Positions 8,278 through 16,768 of a stretch of DNA of 28,544 nucleotides are shown in pieces (the first letter of the stretch is position 1; each line of letters starts with the position of its first letter). The stretch is from Candidatus Methylomirabilis sp. (lineage in GTDB: Bacteria > Methylomirabilota > Methylomirabilia > Methylomirabilales > Methylomirabilaceae), in assembly GCA_041498975.1 (NCBI GenBank), contig JBGQJI010000018.1:1-28544 (forward strand), given 5' to 3'. The position numbers and the translations under genes were made by a program. The notes beneath the pieces are model-generated. The model had not been told where the DNA came from. It did no database searches and saw nothing but the letters and a program-made list of their open reading frames with translations.

Positions 8278-8718
8278 ATGGATCATCGGATGATTTTGAT
8301 CGCCACCCCGGAGCCGTTGACCGGGCAGGAACTCCGGGGACGCTTCTCAGGTCAGGGGTATAAGACCGTTGCCGTGGAGCGGGGCAGCGATGCCCTGCTC
8401 TCCATCGCCGAGAGAAATATCAGCCTGGTCATTCTGGACATCTCAATCCAGGATCCCTCCGGCCCCAAGACGGTGGAGATCCTTCGAAAGATGCGGCCTC
8501 GCCTTCCAGTGGTCGTCTTTTCCGGCGACCCCTCCGTCGAAACGGGCCGCGAGATCCTTCAGCACGGCGTTTTCTACTACTTTCTCAAGCCGCTTGATCT
8601 CGAAGACCTGGACCAGATCGTCCGGGTCGCCCTTGCGCCCAATAAGCGACTCGGAGCGGGAACGGATCAAGGCGGCTCGAGAACCAGACTGGGAGACGAG
8701 AAAGGAGAGATGGCATGA
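8278..8718 (+). CDS. Stand-alone response-regulator receiver (CheY-like), atypical acidic pocket
   Basis: LVILD (phosphoacceptor), PVVVFSG and GVFYYFLKP; the post-beta1 acidic pair is replaced (ILIATPE); no output domain. Confidence 0.85.
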   Translation: MDHRMILIATPEPLTGQELRGRFSGQGYKTVAVERGSDALLSIAERNISLVILDISIQDPSGPKTVEILRKMRPRLPVVVFSGDPSVETGREILQHGVFYYFLKPLDLEDLDQIVRVALAPNKRLGAGTDQGGSRTRLGDEKGEMA

Positions 8719-9824
8719 CTCGCGTCCGAGGTGCCATGAAGATCGGCCTGCTGGCGGCAGCCTGGCTGCTGGTCTCCGTCACGGACACCCTCGCGCACAG
8801 GGTGGGCGTCCGCGGGACACAGGCGCTCTATGTGGCCAACGAGGGCTCGAATACGGTCTCGGTCATCGATGTCGAGTCGATGAAGGTGACAGCCACCATC
8901 CCGGTGGGCGAAGGACCCCAGCATGTCGCGATCAGCCCGGACCGGCGCCATGCCTTCGTCACCTGCGGCCGTTCCGGAGAGCTCTGGATTGTCGCGTTAT
9001 CGACACACTCGGTCGTCGCCGTGGTGCCCAATGCCACCGGGCCAGGAGGCCAGACCGTCTTCGGGTATGCCGGCACGTATGCCTATGTGACCAATAGCCT
9101 GGACAGCCGCGTTACTGTGATCGAGGCTGCCACCGGGAAGAAGGTGGCGCTGATACCAGTGGGAGAACTCCCCACCAAGATCGACATCTCCCCAGACGGC
9201 GGCCACGCGTATGTCCCAAGCGAGCGCTCCAACACCGTCGCCGTCTTGAACCTCTCCTTGAATGTGGTCGCATCGGAGCTGCCGGCCGGCGTGAAGCCGT
9301 ATGCTGTCGCGGTCTCCACGGATGGGAAGTATCTCCTCGTTTCCGGGGCGGGTTCGAACAGTATCACCGTCATCGATGCCGGAACCCACAAGGTGTTGCG
9401 CCGGATCCCCGTCGGCGATGATCCCCACCACGTTGTGTTCGGTCCTGGCGGAGGGTTCGCCTATGTGTTGAACCGGGCGTCGAACGACGTGAGCATCCTT
9501 CAGATGGCGAATCGTCAGGTGATGGCCACGATCCCTGTGGGAAAGGAGCCAAGCGATGCCGACATCACCCCATCGGGGAGCTACATTTACGTGACCAATA
9601 TGGCCTCCAACGATGTGTCGATCATCTCCACCCGGACCAGCGCCGTGGTGGGGACGATCCCTGTCGGCTCCCATCCCCGCGACATCGTGATCTCAGGCGA
9701 CGGCCGCTACGCCTTTGTGGCCAACACCGGATCGGATGATATCTCCGTGATCAATCTGTTGTCCCAGGAGGGAGTAGGAAAAATCCCGGTCGGCAAGCAG
9801 CCCGGGGGAATCGCGCTGCGCTGA
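8715..9824 (+). CDS. Exported YVTN-repeat beta-propeller (YncE-like)
   Basis: Signal peptide and about eight repeats of YV(A/T)N..SN.VSVID...IPVG..P..I.ISPDG; no CxxCH. ATG 8736 is an alternative start. Confidence 0.9.
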   Translation: MTRVRGAMKIGLLAAAWLLVSVTDTLAHRVGVRGTQALYVANEGSNTVSVIDVESMKVTATIPVGEGPQHVAISPDRRHAFVTCGRSGELWIVALSTHSVVAVVPNATGPGGQTVFGYAGTYAYVTNSLDSRVTVIEAATGKKVALIPVGELPTKIDISPDGGHAYVPSERSNTVAVLNLSLNVVASELPAGVKPYAVAVSTDGKYLLVSGAGSNSITVIDAGTHKVLRRIPVGDDPHHVVFGPGGGFAYVLNRASNDVSILQMANRQVMATIPVGKEPSDADITPSGSYIYVTNMASNDVSIISTRTSAVVGTIPVGSHPRDIVISGDGRYAFVANTGSDDISVINLLSQEGVGKIPVGKQPGGIALR

Positions 9825-9831
9825 GGTGGAG

Positions 9832-10257
9832 ATGGCGGGAGAGGTGACACAACTGTCGGAGATCATGCATCGGGACCTGGTGACGGTGGACAAGGGGGCC
9901 TCGCTGCGCAGGGCCCGGCGGATCCTGGATCAGCACCGGATTCGCCACCTGCTGGTCGTGGACGGCAAACGTCTGGTCGGGATCGTCACCGACAGAGATA
10001 TTCGGACGGCAGCCCCCTCATCGAAGTCCCCGTTGACGACGGCTGAGCGCGAGGAGTTCATGGACGAGTTGAAGGTCGTGGAGGTGATGTCCCGCAGACT
10101 CATCACAGCCTCCCCCGACACGACCATCCGCGAGGCCGCCAGGGTGATGGTGAGCGAGAAGATCGGCTGCCTTCCGGTGGTTAATGGGAATCAACTGGTC
10201 GGAATCGTGACAGAAAGCGACCTCTTGGAGATGCTGATCCGGGGAGAGGAGCCCTGA
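9832..10257 (+). CDS. CBS-pair (AcuB-like) protein
   Basis: IRHLLVVDGKRLVGIVTDRDI and KIGCLPVVNGNQLVGIVTESDL; ATG 9832 follows GAGGTGG (GTG 9826 is an alternative). Confidence 0.92.
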   Translation: MAGEVTQLSEIMHRDLVTVDKGASLRRARRILDQHRIRHLLVVDGKRLVGIVTDRDIRTAAPSSKSPLTTAEREEFMDELKVVEVMSRRLITASPDTTIREAARVMVSEKIGCLPVVNGNQLVGIVTESDLLEMLIRGEEP

Positions 10258-10879
10258 TCACCGTCAGCCAATCTCACCCAGCGACTGTTCAGCTGAAGCA
10301 GGTTTTCGACTCCATCGCCGGAAAGCGGCTGCCGGCGATCTTCCAGAATAGGCGCTCCCTCACACCGTATTCGCTCGATATACACGTAGGCCACCGCGCT
10401 ACAGGACGACCGCGACGGACACCGGCTGGAAAGGCCTCGGTGGCGTACAGGTCTGGCCTGTCGAAAAGCAGGGAACACCGACCTTTGAAAGAGGTTCGGC
10501 GTTGACAGATCGAGGGCCGCTGGCTGTCAGGTGGAGCTCTTGACCAAGCCCACCGTGGTCAGAATGGTGGGGCAGCAAGGATCGTCGCGAAGATCGATGT
10601 CCCAGCAGGGAAGATCGTAGCGAAAATTCGGACGGGGGGTGACCCTCATGCGATTTTGATTGCACTCGATGGGCGCTGGGGGTATGTAACGGTCAGGGGT
10701 ATACCCCACGTGAAGGACAGCAGTATCTTTGGCTTGGACCTGTAGACCGGGAAAATCTCGAACAGATCGCTGGGGTCGGCCCTCAGGCCTGCGATGTCAT
10801 CTTCGCCCAATGATGCGGGAGCGGCCCGAAAGGGTGCTGGACGAGATAGGTTTATGTCTGGATCCGTAAAGGAGAGAAA

Positions 10880-11224
10880 ATGCCGAAGCAGAAGTTATCA
10901 GCACCCTTTGAACAGTTCATGAAACGATTCCCCAGGGCCCATGAGGCGTATGAGCGTCTTGGAGTAGCCTGTCACACCTCTGGCCCTTTGGGTGCGAAGA
11001 CCAGGGAGTTGATCAAGCTCGGAATGGCGATCGGCATCCGCTCAGAAGGTGCCGTTCACTCCCATGTCAGAAAGGCCCTCGAAGCGGGGGCATCGCCAGA
11101 GGAGATCAGGCACTCAGTCCTTCTGGCGATCCCGACCCTCGGCTTGCCAACGACGGTCGCAGCCTTCACCTGGGTCGATGATGTCCTTGACGTCCGGTCG
11201 AAGGTGCGGAGGCCGAGAAAGTAG
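10880..11224 (+). CDS. Carboxymuconolactone decarboxylase (CMD/AhpD-like) family protein
   Basis: RBS AAGGAG; GPLGAKTRELIKLGMAIG..SEGAVHSHVRKALEAGASPEEI; no CxxC. Confidence 0.88.
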   Translation: MPKQKLSAPFEQFMKRFPRAHEAYERLGVACHTSGPLGAKTRELIKLGMAIGIRSEGAVHSHVRKALEAGASPEEIRHSVLLAIPTLGLPTTVAAFTWVDDVLDVRSKVRRPRK

Positions 11225-11581
11225 GCCCTGATCAACGTTCGCAGCTGGCAGAGATCGGAAAGGATGTATGGCTCAAGTGCCATAGAACGCCCTGAGGGCA
11301 CCAAGCCCGATAGAGGCTTCGAAAAATGAATCCGGATGTAGAGGCCATGAATGATCGAATCCGTATGGAGTTGGAGGAAAAGGCACGTCTGATGGCTGAG
11401 ACATTCTCTAGGACATTGGGGTGTCGATGTCCCATGCTTAAGGTGCCGGATTTCTAAAGCCGCGCCGACCTCCCCGGATCAGTTCGCCCGGCTTCCCTGT
11501 GACAGCAATTCCCCAGCGACACCATATCGCTGAGCTTTCTGGGCGACCCTTGGCACAATGGTTTCCAGGACTCGATAATAT

Positions 11582-11594
11582 AATCAACAAGTTA
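11582..11594 (+). promoter_or_regulatory. IHF binding site
   Basis: AATCAACAAGTTA is an exact match to WATCAANNNNTTR in AT-rich context, 51 bp upstream of the -24 GG. Confidence 0.7.
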
Positions 11595-11630
11595 ATACAC
11601 GCCGACTCTTACTGAATTATTGGGTTCAGG

Positions 11631-11647
11631 CTGGCATCCGGCTTGCT
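11631..11647 (+). promoter_or_regulatory. sigma54 -24/-12 promoter C
   Basis: CTGGCAT-CCGGC-TTGCT; GG 11633-34, N10, GC 11645-46. Confidence 0.8.
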
Positions 11648-11719
11648 CCTGTGGCATGCGGGCGGAATTGCTGGGGCAGGGTCATTTACCGATTACCTGA
11701 CCGTGGGAGGGGTGGGGCT

Positions 11720-12004
11720 ATGATTCCTGGCTGGAAGGAGGAGATCGAGGGGGAGTATCTCGAATTCTTGCGGAAACACCAAAAACTCACACCCGCCGAT
11801 TTCGCTTCTCGTTTTGATGTGTCTGAGTGTTGTGCCGTGTACTGGCTCACGGAACTCGCGAGGCGGGGACGGGTTCGGATCCCTACCGTAGAGTTTCTGG
11901 AGGAAGGTGAGACTCCCTGCGGCCTGCTGAACTCGCTGAGCTGTCGCCGGAAAGCCTTTTGCCCTGTCGATGAAGCGACTGAAGTTCCTGCCGAGCGGCA
12001 ATGA
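11720..12004 (+). CDS. Small winged-HTH protein with C-terminal Cys triad (FeoC/Rrf2-like, putative Fe-S sensor)
   Basis: RBS GGAGG then ATG 11720. YLEFLRKHQKLTPADFASRFDVSECCAVYWLTELARRGRV fits a wHTH pattern, followed by C-x7-C-x5-C. Confidence 0.65.
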   Translation: MIPGWKEEIEGEYLEFLRKHQKLTPADFASRFDVSECCAVYWLTELARRGRVRIPTVEFLEEGETPCGLLNSLSCRRKAFCPVDEATEVPAERQ

Positions 12005-12158
12005 GCGAACCGGAAGCGGCTTGCTGCGGACCGGGGACGACTCGACTTGTAAAAGCGTGTTTGGTTTCCCCTGTGTCTCCTTGAGGCGAGCAGAGGGATG
12101 ATCGCCCCGGTGCAGGTTCTTGCCCTGGCGGCGTACTTGACCAGAAGGTGAGGAGGCG

Positions 12159-12701
12159 GTGCCCACGGGGAAAGTGGATCTGGAGAGCGAAGAAGTCCGG
12201 GCGAGAGCGCCGGGAAAGGAACAGATCGTGAGGGTCGGCGAGAAGATGACCAGGGAGGTCATCACCATCAGCCCCAAAGAAGGGGTGATGGTGGCGAAAC
12301 ACATCCTGGATGAGAAGCGGATCCGGCATCTGCCTGTGGTAAGCGATGGAAAGCTGGTCGGGATCATTACCGATCGGGACATCCGCCGCAACCTCCCTTC
12401 GCCGGTCCCAGGCCTCGAAATCCATGAGATGTCCTACCTGCTCGACAAGCTGCAGGTGCAGATGGTTATGACCCGGGAGGTGATCAGTGTGACGCCGCAA
12501 ACCTCGATTGAGGCAGCGGCGAACCTCCTCGTGGCCCATAAGATCGGGGGGCTGCCGGTTCTCGACGGGGAACGCCTCGTCGGGATCATCACCGAGATAG
12601 ACCTGCTGAAGGCCCTCCTTAAGCGCGAACAGGAAGAAGGGGAGAGAGGGACAGAGGAAACCGGCATGTGCTGGCTCGCGAATGCCATGAGGCGGACCTA
12701 G
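12159..12701 (+). CDS. CBS-pair (AcuB-like) protein
   Basis: RBS GAGGAGG then GTG; IRHLPVVSDGKLVGIITDRDI, LPSP..L..HEMSYLLDKL and KIGGLPV..GIITEIDL. Confidence 0.92.
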   Translation: MPTGKVDLESEEVRARAPGKEQIVRVGEKMTREVITISPKEGVMVAKHILDEKRIRHLPVVSDGKLVGIITDRDIRRNLPSPVPGLEIHEMSYLLDKLQVQMVMTREVISVTPQTSIEAAANLLVAHKIGGLPVLDGERLVGIITEIDLLKALLKREQEEGERGTEETGMCWLANAMRRT

Positions 12702-12919
12702 CGTGATTCGGTTCTGCCCATGAAATGCAAGGCTTGCAGGGACCGAATGGCTCGAAGTCGAACGATTCCTCGCCTTGGTGTAGGGCGCCACTCGCGATGA
12801 GCGTCATCCTCATTCCCGGCGATGGCCTCTAGGCACGAGTCGAAGGCTGAAGCCTGTCCGGACCCGACATCCAAGTGTGATGCTCTTCCGCCCACCGATA
12901 GAGATGAGGAGACCGGCCC

Positions 12920-14044
12920 ATGCCCATTGTTATGCCCCCTTGTGCCACTGAAGTAGATCGCCTGGTCTTTGCCAAAGCCCCCAAGCTGGTCTACTGGGAG
13001 CTTACGAGGGCCTGCGATCTCGCGTGCAAGCATTGTCGCGCCGAGGCCATCGCCCAACGGGACCCCAGGGAGCTCAGCACGGAGGACGCCAAGGCCCTCT
13101 TGGCGGAGTTCCGGGCCTTCGGGGATCCTCCGCCGCAACTGGTCATGACGGGGGGGGACCCGCTGAAGCGCCCCGATTTCTTCGACCTCCTGCAACACGG
13201 GCGGGGCATCGGCCTTCCGGTGTCCGTCGCTCCCAGCGGCACCCCGTTGCTGACGCCGGAGGCCATCGGTGCCTTGGCGGCCCGTGGTGTCGAGAGCATG
13301 TCCCTCAGCATCGACGGCGCGACGGCAGAGGCCCACGACCGGTTCCGTGGCATCGCCGGCTGCTTCGATGCCACCGTCCGGGCCGCGAACACCATGCGTG
13401 AAGCGGCCATCCCCCTCCAGATCAACACCCTGGTCACCGCAGAGACGGCGGCGGACCTGCCCGGGGTGTTCCGGCTGCTCCTTGATCTCGGCATCATGCG
13501 GTGGAGCCTCTTCTACTTGATCGGCACAGGGCGCGGCCGGGACCTTCGGGAGATCAGGCCCAGCGAGGCCGAAGTGCTCCACCACTGGCTGTATGATCTC
13601 TCCAGGACGGCTCCCTTCGCCATCAAGGCAACCGAGGCCCCCCACTTTCGGCGCGTGGCCTACCTGCGGATGCAGGCGGAGGGGCTGGATGAAGCCGCGA
13701 TCCGGCGTACGCCTGTCGGGCGAGGGTTCGGCATCCGTGATGGCAACGGCATCATGTTCATCTCGCACATCGGGGAGGTCTACCCCTCAGGGTTCTTGCC
13801 GGTGGTCGCCGGGAGCGTGCGCGACGACAGCCCCGTGTCGCTGTACCGCCACGCCGAGCTCTTCACAGCGATCCGGGACGTCGATCGGTACGGCGGCAAG
13901 TGCGGCCGCTGCGAGTTCCGGGGGATCTGCGGCGGCTCGAGGGCCCGCGCCTTCGCCGCGACGGGTGACGTCTTGGGGAGCGACCCGCTCTGCACGTATG
14001 CGCCTGAGTCTCTGGCGGCTGAAGCGGACACCCGGCCACGGTAA
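12920..14044 (+). CDS. Radical SAM/SPASM protein, NirJ/Ahb-related (resembles TIGR04053 BA_1875 family)
   Basis: VYWELTRACDLACKHCRAEA (CxxxCxxC), TGGDPL, GIRDGNGIMFISHIGEVYPSGFLP and GKCGRCEFRGICGGSRARAFA..DPLC. Confidence 0.88.
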   Translation: MPIVMPPCATEVDRLVFAKAPKLVYWELTRACDLACKHCRAEAIAQRDPRELSTEDAKALLAEFRAFGDPPPQLVMTGGDPLKRPDFFDLLQHGRGIGLPVSVAPSGTPLLTPEAIGALAARGVESMSLSIDGATAEAHDRFRGIAGCFDATVRAANTMREAAIPLQINTLVTAETAADLPGVFRLLLDLGIMRWSLFYLIGTGRGRDLREIRPSEAEVLHHWLYDLSRTAPFAIKATEAPHFRRVAYLRMQAEGLDEAAIRRTPVGRGFGIRDGNGIMFISHIGEVYPSGFLPVVAGSVRDDSPVSLYRHAELFTAIRDVDRYGGKCGRCEFRGICGGSRARAFAATGDVLGSDPLCTYAPESLAAEADTRPR

Positions 14045-14048
14045 GGGG

Positions 14049-14089
14049 AGGAGGCCGGCCATCCCGGCCTGTCGGCACGGTGGCCTCCT
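14049..14089 (+). terminator. GC-rich hairpin after the radical SAM gene
   Basis: AGGAGGCC (14049-56) and GGCCTCCT (14082-89); no strong U tract. Confidence 0.3.
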
Positions 14090-14368
14090 GACTCGCCCGG
14101 CCTCTCTTCGCCGTCCTTTGCACGACTAACCAATTCCCTTCCTGCGAGACCTACCCAGCGAAGAGGTCACTGGTTCACGACGCCATTCCATGAAAGCATA
14201 ATTGCTCGAGTGAATTCCCGCCGCTCTTTCCTTCGATTTGGGACATTATTCATGGGGATGAGGCATGCCGCTCCGTCCCGATCGAATCCGAAATTCTCAC
14301 TAGTTAACGAGGTCCGCCTTCGCATGATGGGGTATCGGTGCCCCAGCAGCGGGGTACTTGGAAGTCAC

Positions 14369-14387
14369 CGGCAATGGCTCATTGCCG
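14369..14387. promoter_or_regulatory. Perfect 8-3-8 palindrome, candidate operator/UAS
   Basis: CGGCAATG-GCT-CATTGCCG, just upstream of the IHF-like site and promoter D. Confidence 0.45.
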
Positions 14388-14409
14388 AAGGTCGAATCTC
14401 TTCCTTTAT

Positions 14410-14422
14410 AATCAGCAAGTTT
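14410..14422 (+). promoter_or_regulatory. IHF-like binding site
   Basis: AATCAGCAAGTTT; TATAATCA(A/G)CAAGTT is shared 14/15 with 11579-11593; 48 bp upstream of the -24 GG. Confidence 0.55.
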
Positions 14423-14455
14423 TAGCCATCAGATTGTCTGGCCGAATGCGAGACT

Positions 14456-14472
14456 CTGGTATATATTGTGCA
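14456..14472 (+). promoter_or_regulatory. sigma54-like -24/-12 promoter D
   Basis: CTGGTAT-ATATT-GTGCA; GG 14458-59, N10, GC 14470-71. Weaker match than A-C but with the same IHF geometry. Confidence 0.55.
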
Positions 14473-14569
14473 CAAAAAAACGAGCGGAGCTTCTTCGGCA
14501 GGCAGGCCTCTGCCATGGGGGGGATTCTCGCGGCCAAACTCACGGGAGCGAAGCTGAGGGGAGGAACGA

Positions 14570-15028
14570 ATGCAGATCAAACGGATCCTGTTTCCGACCG
14601 ACTTCTCGCAGAATGCTGATTATGCGTTCCAGTATGCGCTGACCTTCGCACGGGAGTTTAGCGCCAAGCTGTACGTCGCGCATGTCATCTACTTTCCTCC
14701 ACAAATGCCGGAGTACGATATCGGGCAGGTGATCGACGGCTTGGTCAAGAATGCTGAGAAGAGCTTGAACAAGATGATCGAGAAGACCAAAGAGACGGAG
14801 GTCATCTTCCATCCTGAGGTGCGAGTCGGCGTCGAGCACAGCGAGATCACCTCGCTGGCGGAAAAGGAGAAGATCGATCTGATCGTCATGGGAACCCATG
14901 GGCGGAGCGGGTTGGCTCATGCATTCCTCGGAAGTGTGGCCGAGCGGGTGGTTCGCCACGCCCCCTGTCCGGTCTTGACCGTCAAACCACCGGCGATCAA
15001 AGGGGCGAAAGGGGCCAAGAGAAGGTGA
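14570..15028 (+). CDS. Universal stress protein (ATP-binding type)
   Basis: IKRILFPTDFS and DLIVMGTHGRSGLAHAFLGSVAERVVRHAPCPVLTV (G-x2-G-x9-GS). Confidence 0.96.
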   Translation: MQIKRILFPTDFSQNADYAFQYALTFAREFSAKLYVAHVIYFPPQMPEYDIGQVIDGLVKNAEKSLNKMIEKTKETEVIFHPEVRVGVEHSEITSLAEKEKIDLIVMGTHGRSGLAHAFLGSVAERVVRHAPCPVLTVKPPAIKGAKGAKRR

Positions 15029-16152
15029 GCGAGGCGATGTTGCGGCGACAGGCATTGGCGCGATACCTCGAGTCCGTCCTTGGGGGCTCGGTGGAGGTGC
15101 TGGGGCTTCGGCCGCTAGGGGTCCCTGAGCCCTCGGCCGCAGCGAGGGAGTCCGATGTCCTCCGGACGGGCGACCTCAAGGCGTATGGCTATGGCCGGCC
15201 GATCCAAATCGACCTGCTCCTCAATGGGAGTCCCCGTTCCTTTGTCCTTTCCACGATGCGGGGCGGGTCCGGCTTCGGCCACGATCACTTCGCTGACAGG
15301 GCCGGAGAGTTGATCTGGGCGCATGATGCCTATGGCAAGCTCGCTCGCCACGTCAAGAGCCTCGACGCCGGCTTCATCACCCGGGAAGGGAAATTGCGAT
15401 CGGCCGGGGATGCAGAAGAGTATTTCATCCTGATGGAGAAGGTGGAGGGAACGGCATACCGGCTCGACCTCGAACGGATCGGGACCGAGGGGAGGGTGAG
15501 CGCTCTGGACCTCGATCGGGCTGCGGCGCTTTCGGCATACCTGGCGACGATTCACGCGGAAAAGGGGCAGGATGTACAGCTCTACTTCCGGCGGACTCGG
15601 GATCTGGTCGGCCACGGCGAAGGGATCATGGGGATCCTGGATGGCTACCCCGCCGATTACCCTCTGCTCCCAGCGAAGCAGCAGTACCTTCTGGAAACCG
15701 GCTGCCTTGCGTGGCGCCATCACCTGAAAGAGAAGGTGAAGCGGCTCAGCATCGTCCATGGCGATTTTCACCCATGGAATATCCTCTTTCGGGAGGGGAC
15801 CGATTTCACCCCGCTCGATCGGAGCCGCGGAGAATGGGGCGAGCCGGCCGACGATGTCGCGGCCCTCAGCATCAACTACCTGTTCTTCTCGCTGATGCGG
15901 TCGGGTCGGATGGAGGGGCCATTTCGCCAGCTCTTCGATCTGTTCTACGGGGACTACCTCGAGCGGACCCAGGACTTGGAGCTCAATCAGGTCATCCCCC
16001 CGTTCTACGTCTTTCGGGCCCTCGTGATCGCCAGCCCGCTTTGGTATCCTGATCTGGCGGAAGAGGTCCGGGTGAAGCTCTTCCGATTCGCGCAGGCGAT
16101 GCTCAGGGTTGAGCAGTTCGATCACACGGAGCTCAACCGCTACCTGGAATGA
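15025..16152 (+). CDS. APH/choline-kinase-like phosphotransferase
   Basis: YFILMEKVEG, Brenner motif VHGDFHPWNILF and LDRSRGEWGEPADDVA; GTGA overlap with the USP stop. Confidence 0.85.
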   Translation: MSEAMLRRQALARYLESVLGGSVEVLGLRPLGVPEPSAAARESDVLRTGDLKAYGYGRPIQIDLLLNGSPRSFVLSTMRGGSGFGHDHFADRAGELIWAHDAYGKLARHVKSLDAGFITREGKLRSAGDAEEYFILMEKVEGTAYRLDLERIGTEGRVSALDLDRAAALSAYLATIHAEKGQDVQLYFRRTRDLVGHGEGIMGILDGYPADYPLLPAKQQYLLETGCLAWRHHLKEKVKRLSIVHGDFHPWNILFREGTDFTPLDRSRGEWGEPADDVAALSINYLFFSLMRSGRMEGPFRQLFDLFYGDYLERTQDLELNQVIPPFYVFRALVIASPLWYPDLAEEVRVKLFRFAQAMLRVEQFDHTELNRYLE

Positions 16153-16162
16153 GGGGATCGCC

Positions 16163-16768
16163 ATGGCATGGGTGGCGTGGCTCACAGGGCTTCCCGGAAG
16201 CGGGAAGAGCAGTGTGGCACGTGAGGCTGCCCGTCGCCTGGACGCAAGCGGGATCCGGGTCCGGGTGCTGGAGCTCGACGAGATCCGAAGGATCGTGACA
16301 CCCCGCCCCGTGTATTCGTCCGAGGAGCGCGAGGTCGTCTATCGCGCTCTGGCCTACATGGCGCTGCTGCTTTACAACGAGGGCGTCAACGTGATCGTCG
16401 ATGCAACCGCCCACAGGCGCCGCTTCCGCGACCTGGCCCGATCCCTGATCCCTGCGTTTGCCGAGATTTACCTCTGCGCCTCCCTGGATCGGTGCCGGGA
16501 GCGGGCCGGGGATCGGCGCGAAAGCTTTGCCCCTGCCGATGTCTATGGCCAGGCGGGTCGGGAGGGATCGACCGTACCCGGTGTCGATGAGGCCTATGAG
16601 TCGCCGCTGGATCCAGAGCTCGTGCTTGATACCGAAGGGCTTGAGGTGGGCGAGGCCGCAGAGCGGCTGGTCGGGTTTCTGAAGGGTTTTGGGTCGGCCA
16701 GGCGCCAGGGTTGGTTATCGGGGATCACGAGGGCGGGCCGACCGGGGAGGGGGCGATGGAGATGCTGA
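16163..16768 (+). CDS. Adenylyl-sulfate-kinase (CysC)-like P-loop kinase
   Basis: RBS GAGGGG then ATG 16163; WLTGLPGSGKS, LELDEIR, VIVDAT and VPGVDEAYESPLDPELVLDT. Confidence 0.82.
   Translation: MAWVAWLTGLPGSGKSSVAREAARRLDASGIRVRVLELDEIRRIVTPRPVYSSEEREVVYRALAYMALLLYNEGVNVIVDATAHRRRFRDLARSLIPAFAEIYLCASLDRCRERAGDRRESFAPADVYGQAGREGSTVPGVDEAYESPLDPELVLDTEGLEVGEAAERLVGFLKGFGSARRQGWLSGITRAGRPGRGRWRC

Noticed and set aside
8715..9824. Cytochrome cd1 nitrite reductase or nitrous oxide reductase
   Set aside because: No CxxCH heme domain, no CuA domain, too short, and no nir/nos accessory genes.
10258..10709. Minus-strand ORFs 10527-10709 and 10191-10478 joined by TGA read-through (selenoprotein or pseudogene)
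   Set aside because: The frames are contiguous across a TGA, but the product has no recognisable motif or redox-type context, and its 3' end runs antisense into the CBS gene.
11550..11566. TTGGCAC-AATGG-TTTCC as an extra sigma54 promoter
   Set aside because: Good -24 element but the invariant -12 GC is absent.
12720..12800. 26-aa ORF MKCKACRDRM... as a RiPP precursor for the radical SAM/SPASM enzyme
   Set aside because: No RBS, no PqqD/RRE, peptidase or exporter nearby, and the enzyme resembles the NirJ/Ahb branch.
15025..16152. Aminoglycoside resistance gene
   Set aside because: Only fold-level Brenner motif similarity; it is embedded in a stress operon with no mobile-element context.
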